From assembly GCA_965222265.1 (NCBI GenBank), contig CBDCTP010000003.1, positions 1,222,280 through 1,286,279 of the forward strand: DNA of 64,000 bases, given 5' to 3'. The stretch comes from Vicinamibacterales bacterium (lineage in GTDB: Bacteria > Acidobacteriota > Vicinamibacteria > Vicinamibacterales > UBA8438). Position 1 is the first letter of the stretch. Each line of letters begins with the position of its first letter. The notes under the pieces were generated by a model. The model saw only the letters and a program-made list of their open reading frames with translations. It did no database searches and had not been told where the DNA came from. Shown piece by piece: positions 55,083 through 64,000 of this stretch. The translations under genes and the position numbers were made by a program.

Positions 55083-55436
55083 CTAGATGTCGATCGCCTC
55101 CAGCTGCTCGAGCAGCTCCTGGACACGGGAGCGAACCTGCTCCCGCTCGGCCAACACCGCGGTGAGCTCTGCCGAGGTCGACTCGGCGGTTGCGAGCCGG
55201 GCGCGCAGGTCCTCGTTCTCGAGCCGCAACTGCTCGTTCTCCTCGCCTGCCTGGGCCAGCTCGACCCGGTTCTGTTCCGTGAGTGCGATGAGTCCCCTCA
55301 CCTTGCCGGCCAGGCGCTCGATCTGGTCGACCTGATCGCCGCCGAGCGCCGGGTCCGCTTCCGGCTCCGGCACCGCCGCCGACTCGTCCAGCTGTTCCTC
55401 CATGACCTGCTCTTCCACGACCTGCTCCTCTGGCAT
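55083..55436 (-). CDS. ZapB-like coiled-coil protein
   Basis: Acidic N-terminus, then heptad-rich IERLAGKVRGLIALTEQNRVELAQAGEENEQLRLENEDLRARL... It lies immediately upstream of zapA. Confidence 0.55.
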   Translation of the reverse strand: MPEEQVVEEQVMEEQLDESAAVPEPEADPALGGDQVDQIERLAGKVRGLIALTEQNRVELAQAGEENEQLRLENEDLRARLATAESTSAELTAVLAEREQVRSRVQELLEQLEAIDI

Positions 55437-55478
55437 CGCTGCAACTCCCTTGATGTCGCCGTACGTGATGAATGCTGG

Positions 55479-57608
55479 CTAGCGGAGCTGCGCGTCGTGC
55501 TCCGCCGCCAGACGCGCCACGATGACACGCATCGCCTGCTCTACCTCGATATCCGTCAACGTTCGGTCGGGTGCTCGAAATGTGAGGCGGAAGGCCAGGC
55601 TGACGCGGCCCTTCGGAACGCCCTCGCCGGTGTACCGGTCGAACTCGCGCACCTGCCGCAGCGCCTCCGGCGCAGCCGAACGAATCGTGCCACGAACCGT
55701 GGCTGCGGGCAAGGCGACATCGACCGTGACCGCCAGGTCGCGAACGATGGAAGGGTAGCGCGGGAGCGGGGCCGCGGTCATCCGGCGCGGGTCGGTCGCC
55801 GCCCGGGCAATCAGGTCGAGGTCCAGCTCCGCCACGTAGACGGCCTCGTCGCCGGCGGGCAGCCCGCGGGCAGCCGCGACCTCGGGCGCGAGCTGGCCGG
55901 CGTAGCCCAGCGTCACGGCGGTTGCCGCGTCCGGCACCACCGTCCTGACCACGGCCGTGCGGCCCGCGACGAGCGGGCCGGTCGCCGGCGTCGCGGGGGT
56001 CTCGACTGCCGCCGCCACACCCAGCGCCTCGCACACGCGGCCGACGATGCCCGTGACGTCGAAGACGTCGAGCGGGGGCGCCGCCCCTTCGCGCCAGCGC
56101 TGGCTGTTGCTCCAGTGCTCGGGGCTGCTCGCGCCCGTGAGCGCGACGGCGAATCCAGGCGTCTCGCCCCGGGCGGCCGTGAAGCGGTGGCCGATCTCGA
56201 AGAGGCGGATGTCGCGGTGCTCGCGCCGGCGATTGTAGATGAGCGCATCGACCAGGCCCGGGATCAGCGAGGGTCGGAGTACCGCGGACGTCTCGGCCAG
56301 CGGGTTGGCGATGCGGACGAGATCGTCGGGGCCGTCGACGAAGGGCGCCGCGGCGGCCTCCTCGATGAACCCGTAGGTGATCGCCTCGCTGCAGCCGCTC
56401 GCGGTGAGCACCTGGCGCAGCAGGCGCCGCCGGGCGAGCGCGTCGCTCGCCGGCGCGGGCGGCCGGACCGCTGCGGGAAACGTCGCCGGCAAGCGGTCGT
56501 AGCCGTGGTGGCGAGCCACCTCCTCGATGAGGTCGATCTCGCGGTTGACGTCGACCCGGTGCGCCGGGACGGTGACCCGCCACGCGCTGCCGTCGTCGCC
56601 GGCCGGCGCCGGATCGGCGCCGAACCCCAGCCGCTCCAGCGTGGCGGACACGAACGCCGGCTCGACCTCGACGCCGAGCACCCGCCGGATGCGGGTGTGG
56701 CGCAGCGTCACGGTCGCCGCCGCCCGCGGGGCGGGGTAGCGGTCGACGATGGCGCCGCGCGGCGTGCCGGCGCCGATCTCGCGCAGCAACACCTGCACGC
56801 GCCGCAGTGCCCGCACCGGCGCTTCGATGTCGGCGCCGCGCTCGAACCGGTAGGAGGCGTCGGTCGACAGCGCCAGCCGCTTGCTCGTGCGCCGTACCGA
56901 GAGCGGATCGAACCAGGCGCTCTCGAGGGCCACGCGCGTCGTCGATCCGGCCACCTCCGAGTCGGCGCCGCCCATGACGCCGGCCACGGCCTGCGCGCGC
57001 GCGGCGTCGGCGATGACGAGGGTGCCGGCGGGAAGCCTGCGCTCGACGCCGTCCAGCGTGCGTGCCGTCTCCTCGGGCCGGGCCAGCCGGATGCGCAGCT
57101 CCTGCCCCGTGAGCCGGTCGAGATCGAAGGCGTGCAGCGGGTGACCGAGCTCGAGCATCACGTAGTTCGTTACGTCGACGATGTTGTTGATCGGACGCAC
57201 GCCGGCGGCCTCGAGCCGGGCGGTCATCCAGCCGGGCGACGCGGCGACGGTCACGTCGGCGACGGCGGCGGCGTAACGCGGGCACAGATCGCGCGCATCG
57301 TCCTCGATGATGACCGGCAGCGGCTCGTCGCCCGGGACCACGGCCGCCAGCGTCGGCCAGGTAAGGGGACGCCCGTAGATCGTCGACACCTCCCGGGCGA
57401 TCCCGACCATGCCCAGGCAGTCCGGGCGGTTGGTCGTGATCTCGAGGTCGAGCACCGCGTCCGCCCCGGCGGCCGGCGGATCGAGCATGGCCGGAGCCGG
57501 ATCGATCGCCGACACCTCGAAGCCGTGCCGGGTGAGCGCATCGGCGAGCTCCTCGACGCCCGCCTCGACCGGCACGAGCTCGCGCAACCACGAGACGAGG
57601 ATTCTCAC
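55479..57608 (-). CDS. pheT: Phenylalanine--tRNA ligase beta subunit (short form)
   Basis: The GTG start overlaps the pheS stop (GTGA). MRILVSWLRELVPV..GFEVSAI..LDLEITTNRPDCLGMVGIAREV, plus B3/4, B5 and the C-terminal FDX-ACB-like region. It is ~709 aa. Confidence 0.9.
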   Translation of the reverse strand: MRILVSWLRELVPVEAGVEELADALTRHGFEVSAIDPAPAMLDPPAAGADAVLDLEITTNRPDCLGMVGIAREVSTIYGRPLTWPTLAAVVPGDEPLPVIIEDDARDLCPRYAAAVADVTVAASPGWMTARLEAAGVRPINNIVDVTNYVMLELGHPLHAFDLDRLTGQELRIRLARPEETARTLDGVERRLPAGTLVIADAARAQAVAGVMGGADSEVAGSTTRVALESAWFDPLSVRRTSKRLALSTDASYRFERGADIEAPVRALRRVQVLLREIGAGTPRGAIVDRYPAPRAAATVTLRHTRIRRVLGVEVEPAFVSATLERLGFGADPAPAGDDGSAWRVTVPAHRVDVNREIDLIEEVARHHGYDRLPATFPAAVRPPAPASDALARRRLLRQVLTASGCSEAITYGFIEEAAAAPFVDGPDDLVRIANPLAETSAVLRPSLIPGLVDALIYNRRREHRDIRLFEIGHRFTAARGETPGFAVALTGASSPEHWSNSQRWREGAAPPLDVFDVTGIVGRVCEALGVAAAVETPATPATGPLVAGRTAVVRTVVPDAATAVTLGYAGQLAPEVAAARGLPAGDEAVYVAELDLDLIARAATDPRRMTAAPLPRYPSIVRDLAVTVDVALPAATVRGTIRSAAPEALRQVREFDRYTGEGVPKGRVSLAFRLTFRAPDRTLTDIEVEQAMRVIVARLAAEHDAQLR

Positions 57609-58723
57609 AGGGGGAACTGCTCCAGCAGCCGCAGGTCGTTGTCGTAGAACGCGCGGATGTCCTCGACGCGGTACTTCAGAATCGCGATGCGGTCGATGCC
57701 CACGCCGAACGCCCAGCCGGTCAGCCGCTCCGCATCGTAGCCGACGGCTTCGAGCACGGCCGGATGCACCATGCCGCTGCCCAGGATCTCCAGCCATCCG
57801 GTCCGCTTGCAGACCGCGCAGCCGGCGCCGCGGCAGAAGACGCAGCTGATGAACACCTCCGCGCTCGGCTCCGTGTACGGAAAGAAGCTCGGGCGGAACA
57901 TGACCCGCGTGTCCGGCTCGAACAGCTGGCGCAGGAAGCACTCGAGCGTGCCCTTCAGATCGGCCATCGTCACGTCCTCGCCCACCAGCAGCCCCTCGAC
58001 CTGCTGGAACATCGGCGAGTGGGTCAGGTCGGGAGTGTCGCGCCGGTAGACGAGGCCGGGCGCGATGATCCGCACCGGCGGCTCGTGCGTCTCCATGTAG
58101 CGGATCTGCATGCCCGAGGTGTGCGTGCGCAGCAGGGTGCCGGGCGGGCCGGCCGGCGTCCGCAGCGGCGACTCGAGGTACAGGGTGTCCTGCATGTCGC
58201 GCGCCGGATGCTCCGGCGGCATGTTGAGGGCCTCGAAGTTGTGGTAGTCGTCCTCCACCTCCGGGCCCTCGACGATCTCGAAGCCGAGCCCGGTGAAGAT
58301 TGCTTCGATCTCATCGCGGACGACGGTCAGCGGGTGGCGGTTGCCGATGCGGGCTTTGCGCCCGGGCAGCGTGACGTCGATCGGCTCGCCGCGCCCGGCC
58401 GGATCACCGGAGCTCACGGCTCCGCCGGGCGGTAGGCCGCCGGCTTGCCGCCGTCCGCCAGGCGCCGCGGCCGGGGCCGCTGACTCGCTCCGCTCGGCCA
58501 GCGCCCGCTCGATCTCCCGCTTGAGCGCGTTGGCCTGCTGTCCGAGATCCCGACGAGCCTCGGGCGGCGCCTGGGCCACCGACTTGAGCAGCGCCGTGAC
58601 GGCGCCGCGCTTGCGGCCCAGGTACCGGTTCCGAACCTCCTGGAGCTGTGCGGGAGAGGCCGCCTGCCCTAGCTCGGCCAGGAACGCGGCCCGAACCTCG
58701 CCGACGGCAGGAGCGTCGGGCAC
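57605..58723 (-). CDS. pheS: Phenylalanine--tRNA ligase alpha subunit
   Basis: HPLTVVRDEIEAIFTGLGFEIVEGPEVEDDYHNFEALNMPPEHPARDMQDT and FRPSFFPYTEPSAEV are class II motifs. GTG start. Confidence 0.95.
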   Translation of the reverse strand: MPDAPAVGEVRAAFLAELGQAASPAQLQEVRNRYLGRKRGAVTALLKSVAQAPPEARRDLGQQANALKREIERALAERSESAAPAAAPGGRRQAGGLPPGGAVSSGDPAGRGEPIDVTLPGRKARIGNRHPLTVVRDEIEAIFTGLGFEIVEGPEVEDDYHNFEALNMPPEHPARDMQDTLYLESPLRTPAGPPGTLLRTHTSGMQIRYMETHEPPVRIIAPGLVYRRDTPDLTHSPMFQQVEGLLVGEDVTMADLKGTLECFLRQLFEPDTRVMFRPSFFPYTEPSAEVFISCVFCRGAGCAVCKRTGWLEILGSGMVHPAVLEAVGYDAERLTGWAFGVGIDRIAILKYRVEDIRAFYDNDLRLLEQFPL

Positions 58724-58750
58724 TAGGAGTCCGTTGCCACGGGCTCCTAG
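58723..58750 (-). promoter_or_regulatory. Hairpin spanning the rplT TAG stop and the pheS GTG start
   Basis: The minus strand reads CTAGGAGCCCGTGGCAACGGACTCCTAG. The 7-bp outer stem CTAGGAG/CTCCTAG contains the only SD-like AGGAG ahead of pheS. Confidence 0.4.
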
Positions 58751-59124
58751 CCCGCGGGGGCGGCCGCTGCGGCGCGCGCGTCCCGGGCGCGCCGCGCCAG
58801 GTGCGTGAAGGCCTCGGCGTCCTGCACGGCCAAGTCGGCCAGGGCCTTCCGATCGAGGATGACGCCGGCGAGCTTCAGGCCGTTCATGAACTGGCTGTAG
58901 CTCAGCTCGTGCATGCGCGCGGCGGCGTTGATCCGGATCACCCAGAGGCGGCGGAAATCACGCTTCTTGCGGCGGCGGCCGACGAAGGCATAGCCCAGCG
59001 ACGTGTCGACCGCTTCCTTGGCGGCGCGATACAGCTTGCTCTTGGTCTGATAGAAGCCCTTGGCTCTGGCCAGCAGGCGCCGCCGCTTGGCGCGCCGCAG
59101 GCTCCCGCGTTTCACTCGGGGCAT
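58747..59124 (-). CDS. rplT: 50S ribosomal protein L20
   Basis: [39 protein letters not shown].. Confidence 0.95.
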   Translation of the reverse strand: MPRVKRGSLRRAKRRRLLARAKGFYQTKSKLYRAAKEAVDTSLGYAFVGRRRKKRDFRRLWVIRINAAARMHELSYSQFMNGLKLAGVILDRKALADLAVQDAEAFTHLARRARDARAAAAAPAG

Positions 59125-59156
59125 GTCTCGCTTCCCTTACCGTACGGGGTCCCGTC

Positions 59157-59354
59157 TCACTTGTATGGAATCATCCGCTTCAGCCGCGGCGTGTCCGCGT
59201 CGGCCACCGTCGTCGTGCCGCGCAGGCCGCGCCGCCGCTTGGCGGTCTTGCTGGTCAGGATGTGCTGCTTGAACGCCTTGCTGCGGCGGAGCTTGCCGGT
59301 CCCGGTCGCGCCGAACCGCTTCGCAGCTCCCCGGTGCGTCTTCAATTTCGGCAT
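59157..59354 (-). CDS. rpmI: 50S ribosomal protein L35
   Basis: [42 protein letters not shown].., 65 aa, the internal ATG of the listed ORF. Confidence 0.95.
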   Translation of the reverse strand: MPKLKTHRGAAKRFGATGTGKLRRSKAFKQHILTSKTAKRRRGLRGTTTVADADTPRLKRMIPYK

Positions 59355-59385
59355 CTGGCTACCTTCATACCTTCCGCGCGTCCGG

Positions 59386-59946
59386 CTAGTGCCGTTTCCT
59401 CGTGACGGTCTTGCTGGCCAGAATGGTGTGCATCTGGTTGCCTTCCATGCGCGGCATGGTTTCCTGCGTGGCCACCTCCACGAGCTCTTCCACCAGCCGG
59501 TCGAGAATGTGCCGCCCGAACTCCGGATGAGCCATTTCCCGGCCGCGAAAGAAGATGGTGGCCTTGACCTTGTCGCCGTGGGCGAGGAAGCGCTCCACGT
59601 GCTTCTTCTTGAACTGGTAGTCGTGCTCGTCGACCTTCGGCCGGAACTTGATCTCCTTGATCTCGATCGTCTTCTGATGCTTCTTCGCCTGCCGGGTCCG
59701 CTTCTGCTCCTGATACTGGTAGCGGCCGTAGTCGGTGATGCGGCAGACGGGAGGCTGGGCCGTGGGCGAAACCTCCACGAGGTCGAGCCCCTTGCCGCGG
59801 GCAATCGCCAGCGCCTGCTGCGGGGCCATCACGCCGAGCTGCTGGCCCTCGTCGTCAATCACCCGGATCTCCCTCACGCGAATGCGTTCGTTGATGCGCG
59901 TGCGGTTCGCGCGAAAGTCCCGGCGCGGTCCTCTTCCGAAAGCTAT
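59386..59946 (-). CDS. infC: Translation initiation factor IF-3, non-canonical ATA start
   Basis: The listed ORF begins at [11 protein letters not shown], but the conserved N-terminus (..[11 protein letters not shown]) continues upstream in frame. The first plausible initiator is ATA at 59946, 7 nt after AAGGGAG. IF-3 genes classically use AUU/AUA. Confidence 0.85.
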   Translation of the reverse strand: MAFGRGPRRDFRANRTRINERIRVREIRVIDDEGQQLGVMAPQQALAIARGKGLDLVEVSPTAQPPVCRITDYGRYQYQEQKRTRQAKKHQKTIEIKEIKFRPKVDEHDYQFKKKHVERFLAHGDKVKATIFFRGREMAHPEFGRHILDRLVEELVEVATQETMPRMEGNQMHTILASKTVTRKRH

Positions 59947-59969
59947 AGCGAGCTCCCTTCTGGCTGATT

Positions 59970-61892
59970 CTACTCCGGCGCCAATCGCTTCCGCCGCACT
60001 GCCTCGAGTGCCGCGCGGGCGAACGCAGAGACATCCTGCGCGCCCTGGTCCCCGCCGCTGCGAGTCCTTACCGCCACGCTGCCGTCCGCCACCTCGCGGT
60101 CGCCGACGACCAGCATGTAGGGCACCTTCTGCAACTGCGCCTCGCGAATCTTATACCCGATCTTCTCCTGGCGGGCGTCGAGCTCCACGCGCAGCCCGGC
60201 TTCGATCAGTTGCCGCTGCACCCCGGCCGCATGCTCGGCATGCCGATCCGCAATCGGGATCACCGTGGCCTGCACCGGTGCGAGCCACAGCGGAAACGCG
60301 CCGGCATAGTGCTCGATCAGCAACGCGATGAAGCGCTCGAAGCTGCCGTAGATGGCGCGGTGAATCAGGACGGGCATGTGCTCGGTGTTGTCCGCGCCGA
60401 TGTACTTCAGGCCGAAGCGTTGCGGCATCTGGTAGTCGAGCTGGATCGTGGCGCACTGCCACCGCCGCCCCAGCGCATCGGTCACGTGCGCGTCGATCTT
60501 CGGCCCGTAGAAGCTCCCGTCGCCCGCGGAGACGGCATACGGCGTGCCGGTCGCCTCGATGGCGCCCTCGAGCTGGGACTCCGCGTGGTCCCACGTCTCG
60601 ACGCTGCCCAGATGGTCGTCCGGACGCGTCGAGAGCTCGATGCCGTAGTCGAGCCCGAAGTCCCGGTAGACGCGATCGACGAGCCGCAGCAGACGCTCGA
60701 CCTCGGCGCCGATCTGATCCTCGGTGATGAAGCAGTGCGCGTCGTCCTGGGAGAACTGGCGGACCCGCGTCAGGCCGGACAGCACCCCCGAGGCCTCGTT
60801 GCGGTGCAGCACGCCCTGATCGGCATAGCGCAGCGGCAGGTCGCGGTAGCTCCGCACCTCGCTCGCGAAGAGGAGCATGTGGCCGGGGCAGTTCATGGCC
60901 TTGAGGCCGGAGGCCTCGCCGTCCGACTCGACCAGGAACATGTTCTCGCGGTAGTGCTCCCAATGGCCCGACGTCTCCCACAGCGTCTTGTTGAAGACGA
61001 GCGGCGTTCTGACCTCCTGGTAGCCCTCGCCCGCGATCGCGTCGCGCATGTAGTCGGCCAGCAGACGGTAGAGCGTGGCGCCCTTCGCCTGCCAGAACGG
61101 AGCGCCCGGCGCGACGGGGTGGAACATGAACAGGCCCAGCTCCCGGCCGAGCTTGCGGTGGTCGCGCTTCCTGGCTTCCGCGAGCTGCGTCAGGTGCGCG
61201 CTCAGCTCGGACGCCTTGAAGAAGGCCGTGCCGTAGATCCGCTGCATCGGCTGGTTGCGCGCATCGCCCTTCCAGTACGCGTTCGAGCTGCTGAGCACCT
61301 TGAACGCCTTGAGCCGGCCCGTGGACGGCACGTGCGGCCCCGTGCAGAAGTCGATGAAGGCATCCTCGATGGTGTAGCACGAGACGACCGGTCCGCCCTT
61401 CTCCTCGATGAGCTGGACCTTGAGCGGCTCGCCCCGGCCGTGGAAGTACGCCTTGGCGTCCTCCTTGGGCATCATCTTCCGCTCGTAGCGCAGGTCCTGC
61501 GCGGCGATCTCGGCCATCTTCCGCTCGATGGCCTCGAGGTCCTCCGGTACGAACGGGCGCTCGACGACGAAGTCGTAGAAGAACCCGTCGTCGATCGGCG
61601 GCCCGATGCCGCACTGGGCCTCCGGAAAGAGCGCCGTCACGGCCGCGGCGAGCAGATGCGCGGTGCTGTGGCGGTAGAGCTCGAGCGCCTCGGCCGCGTC
61701 GGGGGTCACGAACCGCACCGTCGCGTCGCCCTCGAGGCGGTGCGACAGGTCGACCATCCGCCCGTCGACGAGCGCGGCCAGGGCCTGCTTCGCCAGGCGC
61801 GGCGAGATGTCGGTCGCCACGGTGGACACGACCGTGCCGGCCGGCACGTGTCGCGTGGACCCATCCGGCAACGTGACGATGACTTGGCTCAT
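59970..61892 (-). CDS. thrS: Threonine--tRNA ligase
   Basis: TGS domain (VTLPDGSTRHV), the editing-domain HSTAHLLA, class II core motifs and a C-terminal anticodon-binding domain. Confidence 0.95.
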   Translation of the reverse strand: MSQVIVTLPDGSTRHVPAGTVVSTVATDISPRLAKQALAALVDGRMVDLSHRLEGDATVRFVTPDAAEALELYRHSTAHLLAAAVTALFPEAQCGIGPPIDDGFFYDFVVERPFVPEDLEAIERKMAEIAAQDLRYERKMMPKEDAKAYFHGRGEPLKVQLIEEKGGPVVSCYTIEDAFIDFCTGPHVPSTGRLKAFKVLSSSNAYWKGDARNQPMQRIYGTAFFKASELSAHLTQLAEARKRDHRKLGRELGLFMFHPVAPGAPFWQAKGATLYRLLADYMRDAIAGEGYQEVRTPLVFNKTLWETSGHWEHYRENMFLVESDGEASGLKAMNCPGHMLLFASEVRSYRDLPLRYADQGVLHRNEASGVLSGLTRVRQFSQDDAHCFITEDQIGAEVERLLRLVDRVYRDFGLDYGIELSTRPDDHLGSVETWDHAESQLEGAIEATGTPYAVSAGDGSFYGPKIDAHVTDALGRRWQCATIQLDYQMPQRFGLKYIGADNTEHMPVLIHRAIYGSFERFIALLIEHYAGAFPLWLAPVQATVIPIADRHAEHAAGVQRQLIEAGLRVELDARQEKIGYKIREAQLQKVPYMLVVGDREVADGSVAVRTRSGGDQGAQDVSAFARAALEAVRRKRLAPE

Positions 61893-61917
61893 GCGGTGGT
61901 TCAGCTTGGGGGAGGCG

Positions 61918-61994
61918 TGGTAGGCACGGGCGGACTTGAACCGCCGACCTCCTGCATGTCAAGCAGGCGCTCTAACCAACTGAGCTACGCGCCT
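61918..61994 (-). tRNA. tRNA-Val (anticodon GAC)
   Basis: The reverse complement reads AGGCGCGTAGCTCAGTTGGTTAGAGCGCCTGCTTGACATGCAGGAGGTCGGCGGTTCAAGTCCGCCCGTGCCTACCA. The anticodon loop is TT-GAC-AT and the CCA is encoded. Confidence 0.9.
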
Positions 61995-62154
61995 ATTCGC
62001 TGGAGTCAATTTGCCCCGCCTGTCGATCCGAATCATGATCGCCCATACCGGCGAATCGCGTCAACCGATCGCGGCTGGCGGCGGGCAATCCGCTGCGCTC
62101 CGGGCAACTGCCCTGCAGGTTGGCGTCACCAGGGGCCGGTACGGACTCACCGGT

Positions 62155-64000
62155 ATGCGGCGCGTTCGAGAATTGGTGCTGGTTGGTGCGCTGGTGGTTG
62201 CGGCCGCGTGCGCAGCCAGATTCGCTCAGGAGCCGCCCGCCCCGCCGGCGCCGGCGGTCGCGCCCGAGGAGCCCGTTGCCCGGCGCCCTCCTCCCGGTCC
62301 GGCCCGTGCGCAGGCCCGGCCAGCGTCGGCGGCCGGCGCCGCGCAGACGCAGCCGGCCGAGACAGCCGCTGCGCCGCAGCAACCGGGCGCAACGCAGATC
62401 GCGGCGCTGCTGGCTGCGAAGGCGGCGCGCACGCCGGCCCAGCGCAAGATCAGCTCGGACCTCCTGACGCAGGCCGCGTCCGCCGCCGGCGGGGCGCCGC
62501 CGGCGGCTGCCGTGGCCGCCCCCGCCGAGCCGTCCGCCCCGGGGGTGCTGGTGGACATCCGGGCGGACGTGACGCCGGCGGTTCTCGCGCGCATTCGCGA
62601 CCTCGGCGGCACCATCGTCAACAGCGTGCCGCGCTACCGCTCCATCCGGGCCCGGCTGCCGCTGGCGGGCCTCGAGCCGGTCGCCGAGCTCGCCGGCGTG
62701 CAGTGGATCCGGGCGGCGGACCAGCCGCGCATCCGGACGCAGCGCCGGCCCCCGGCCGCCGCCCGCGGGTCCGACCCCGGGGCGCCCGCCGCGAGCCACA
62801 AGGTCGACACGAGCGAGGGTGACACGGCCCACCGGGCGAACGCGGCGCGCAGCACGCACGGCGTGGACGGCACGGGCATCGGCGTCGGCGTGGTCTCGGA
62901 CGGCGTCGAGACGCTCGCCGCACAGCAGGCGACGCGCGACGTGCCGCCCCACGTCACGATCCTGCCCGGGCAGGAGGGCGGCGCGTTCGACGTGTCCTGC
63001 GGCGGCCGGAGCAACGGTAGCGAGGGGACCGCCATGATGGAGATCGTCCACGATCTCGCGCCGGGCGCGGACCTGCTCTTCGCGGACGGCGGCGGCGGGT
63101 CGGCGCAGATGGCCCAGAACATCGAGGATCTCTGCACGGCCGGCGCCGACGTCATCGTGGACGATATCGCCTACCTGCTGGCGCCGGTCTTCCAGGACGG
63201 CGTCATCGCCAGCGCGGTCAGCGCGGTGACCGCCAGGGGCTGCTACTACTTCTCGTCGGCCGGCAACGGCGGCAACCTCCACCACCGCACGTCCGCCATT
63301 TGGGAGGGCGACTTCGCGGCCGGGACATCGCTGGAGCTGGACGGGGTCGATTCCGCGGCCGCGTACCACGACTTCGGCGACGGCGTGACCGGGAACGGGA
63401 TCGTGGGGAGCGGCAGGTACTACATCAGCCTGCAGTGGTCCGATCCGCTCGGCGCGTCGGACAACGACTACGACCTGTTCCTGATCGACACGAACGACAA
63501 CGTCCTCGCCAGCTCGACCAACACGCAGGATGGCACGCAGGATCCGTTCGAGTACTCCCCGGCGCATGCGCCGGGGAGTACTCGCTGGCCCGCCTCGTGA
63601 TCGTCAGGAACGCCGGTGCGGCGGACCGCTATCTGCGCCTGGACGCGGGCAGCGCGCTGGGGATTGCGACCGTCGGCAACACCTTCGGCCATGCGGCGTC
63701 GCAGCATGCGGTGGGCGTGGCCGCGGTCCCCGTCCCGACGGGGGGCGCCGCGTTCGCCGCGACGGCGACGGTCGAGACGTTCAGCTCCGACGGTCCGCGG
63801 CGCATCTTCTTCGAGGCCGACGGCACGGCAATTACGCCGGGCAACTTCTCGTCCACCGGCGGCCGGCTGCTGAACAAGCCGGACGTGGCGGCCGCCGATG
63901 CGGTTGCGACCTCGACCCCGGGCTTCTCGCCGTTCTACGGCACCTCGGCGGCGGCGCCCCACGCGGCCGCGATCGGGGCGTTGATGGTGGAGGCCGCCGG
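62155..64000 (+). pseudogene. Secreted subtilase-fold (S8/S53-like) serine peptidase, frame broken by a palindromic insertion; 3' end outside the window
   Basis: Signal peptide and a Pro/Ala-rich linker, then GVDGTGIGVGVVSDGV (Asp motif), SEGTAMMEIVHDLAPGA and FSSAGNGGN. The frame changes at 63550-63583 and continues ..LARLVIVRNAG..KPDVAAADAV..FYGTSAAAPHAAAIGALM (Ser motif). Confidence 0.8.
63550..63583. repeat. Perfect 34-nt palindrome inside the peptidase gene
   Basis: GAGTACTCCCCGGCGCATGCGCCGGGGAGTACTC. GAGTACTC occurs at both ends, flanking CCCGGCGCATGCGCCGGG. Confidence 0.9.

Overview
This is a 64-kb stretch of a very GC-rich bacterial chromosome, roughly two-thirds to 70% G+C by eye (not computed). 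The gene content includes RNase Y, AddAB, a CarboxypepD_reg-type TonB receptor, a DUF5916 outer-membrane protein and a TatT-type TRAP module. That mix suggests an Acidobacteriota/Gemmatimonadota-like lineage, which is inference only. Most of the window is intact housekeeping DNA. It includes tRNA-Sec, tRNA-Ala and tRNA-Val, cspA, ansB, addB-addA, apbC, pcm, glk, infA, cca, thiL, rny, zapB/zapA, the canonical thrS-infC-rpmI-rplT-pheS-pheT cluster and a heterodimeric ABC exporter pair. No rRNA, CRISPR array, cas gene or prophage was seen. Four things stand out. (1) A ~95-nt repeat built from three consecutive hairpins occurs six times plus one partial copy, in both orientations. Three copies have their tail fused directly to a start codon. 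(2) Between about 26.9 and 38.7 kb lies an accessory, decaying segment. It holds a frameshifted and internally deleted SF2 helicase, a methyltransferase N-terminal stub with a BrnT-type toxin-antitoxin pair between them, an ArsR/DUF2087 regulator, a possible amidase relic, and an IS1634-family element with a frameshifted transposase. That IS cuts off an ABC-2 permease. The segment also holds a frameshifted TonB receptor and an internally deleted O-methyltransferase. (3) A perfect 34-nt palindrome, read as a 26-nt insertion with an 8-bp duplication, breaks the frame of a subtilase gene. (4) Several genes end in a TAG stop embedded in a hairpin that shares a CTAGGAG motif. I found no clearly complete novel multi-gene system, and the repeat family is the most unexplained signal. 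All calls come from reading the supplied ORF translations and the DNA by eye. Start codons, ncRNA ends and family names are recollection-based and need tools to confirm.
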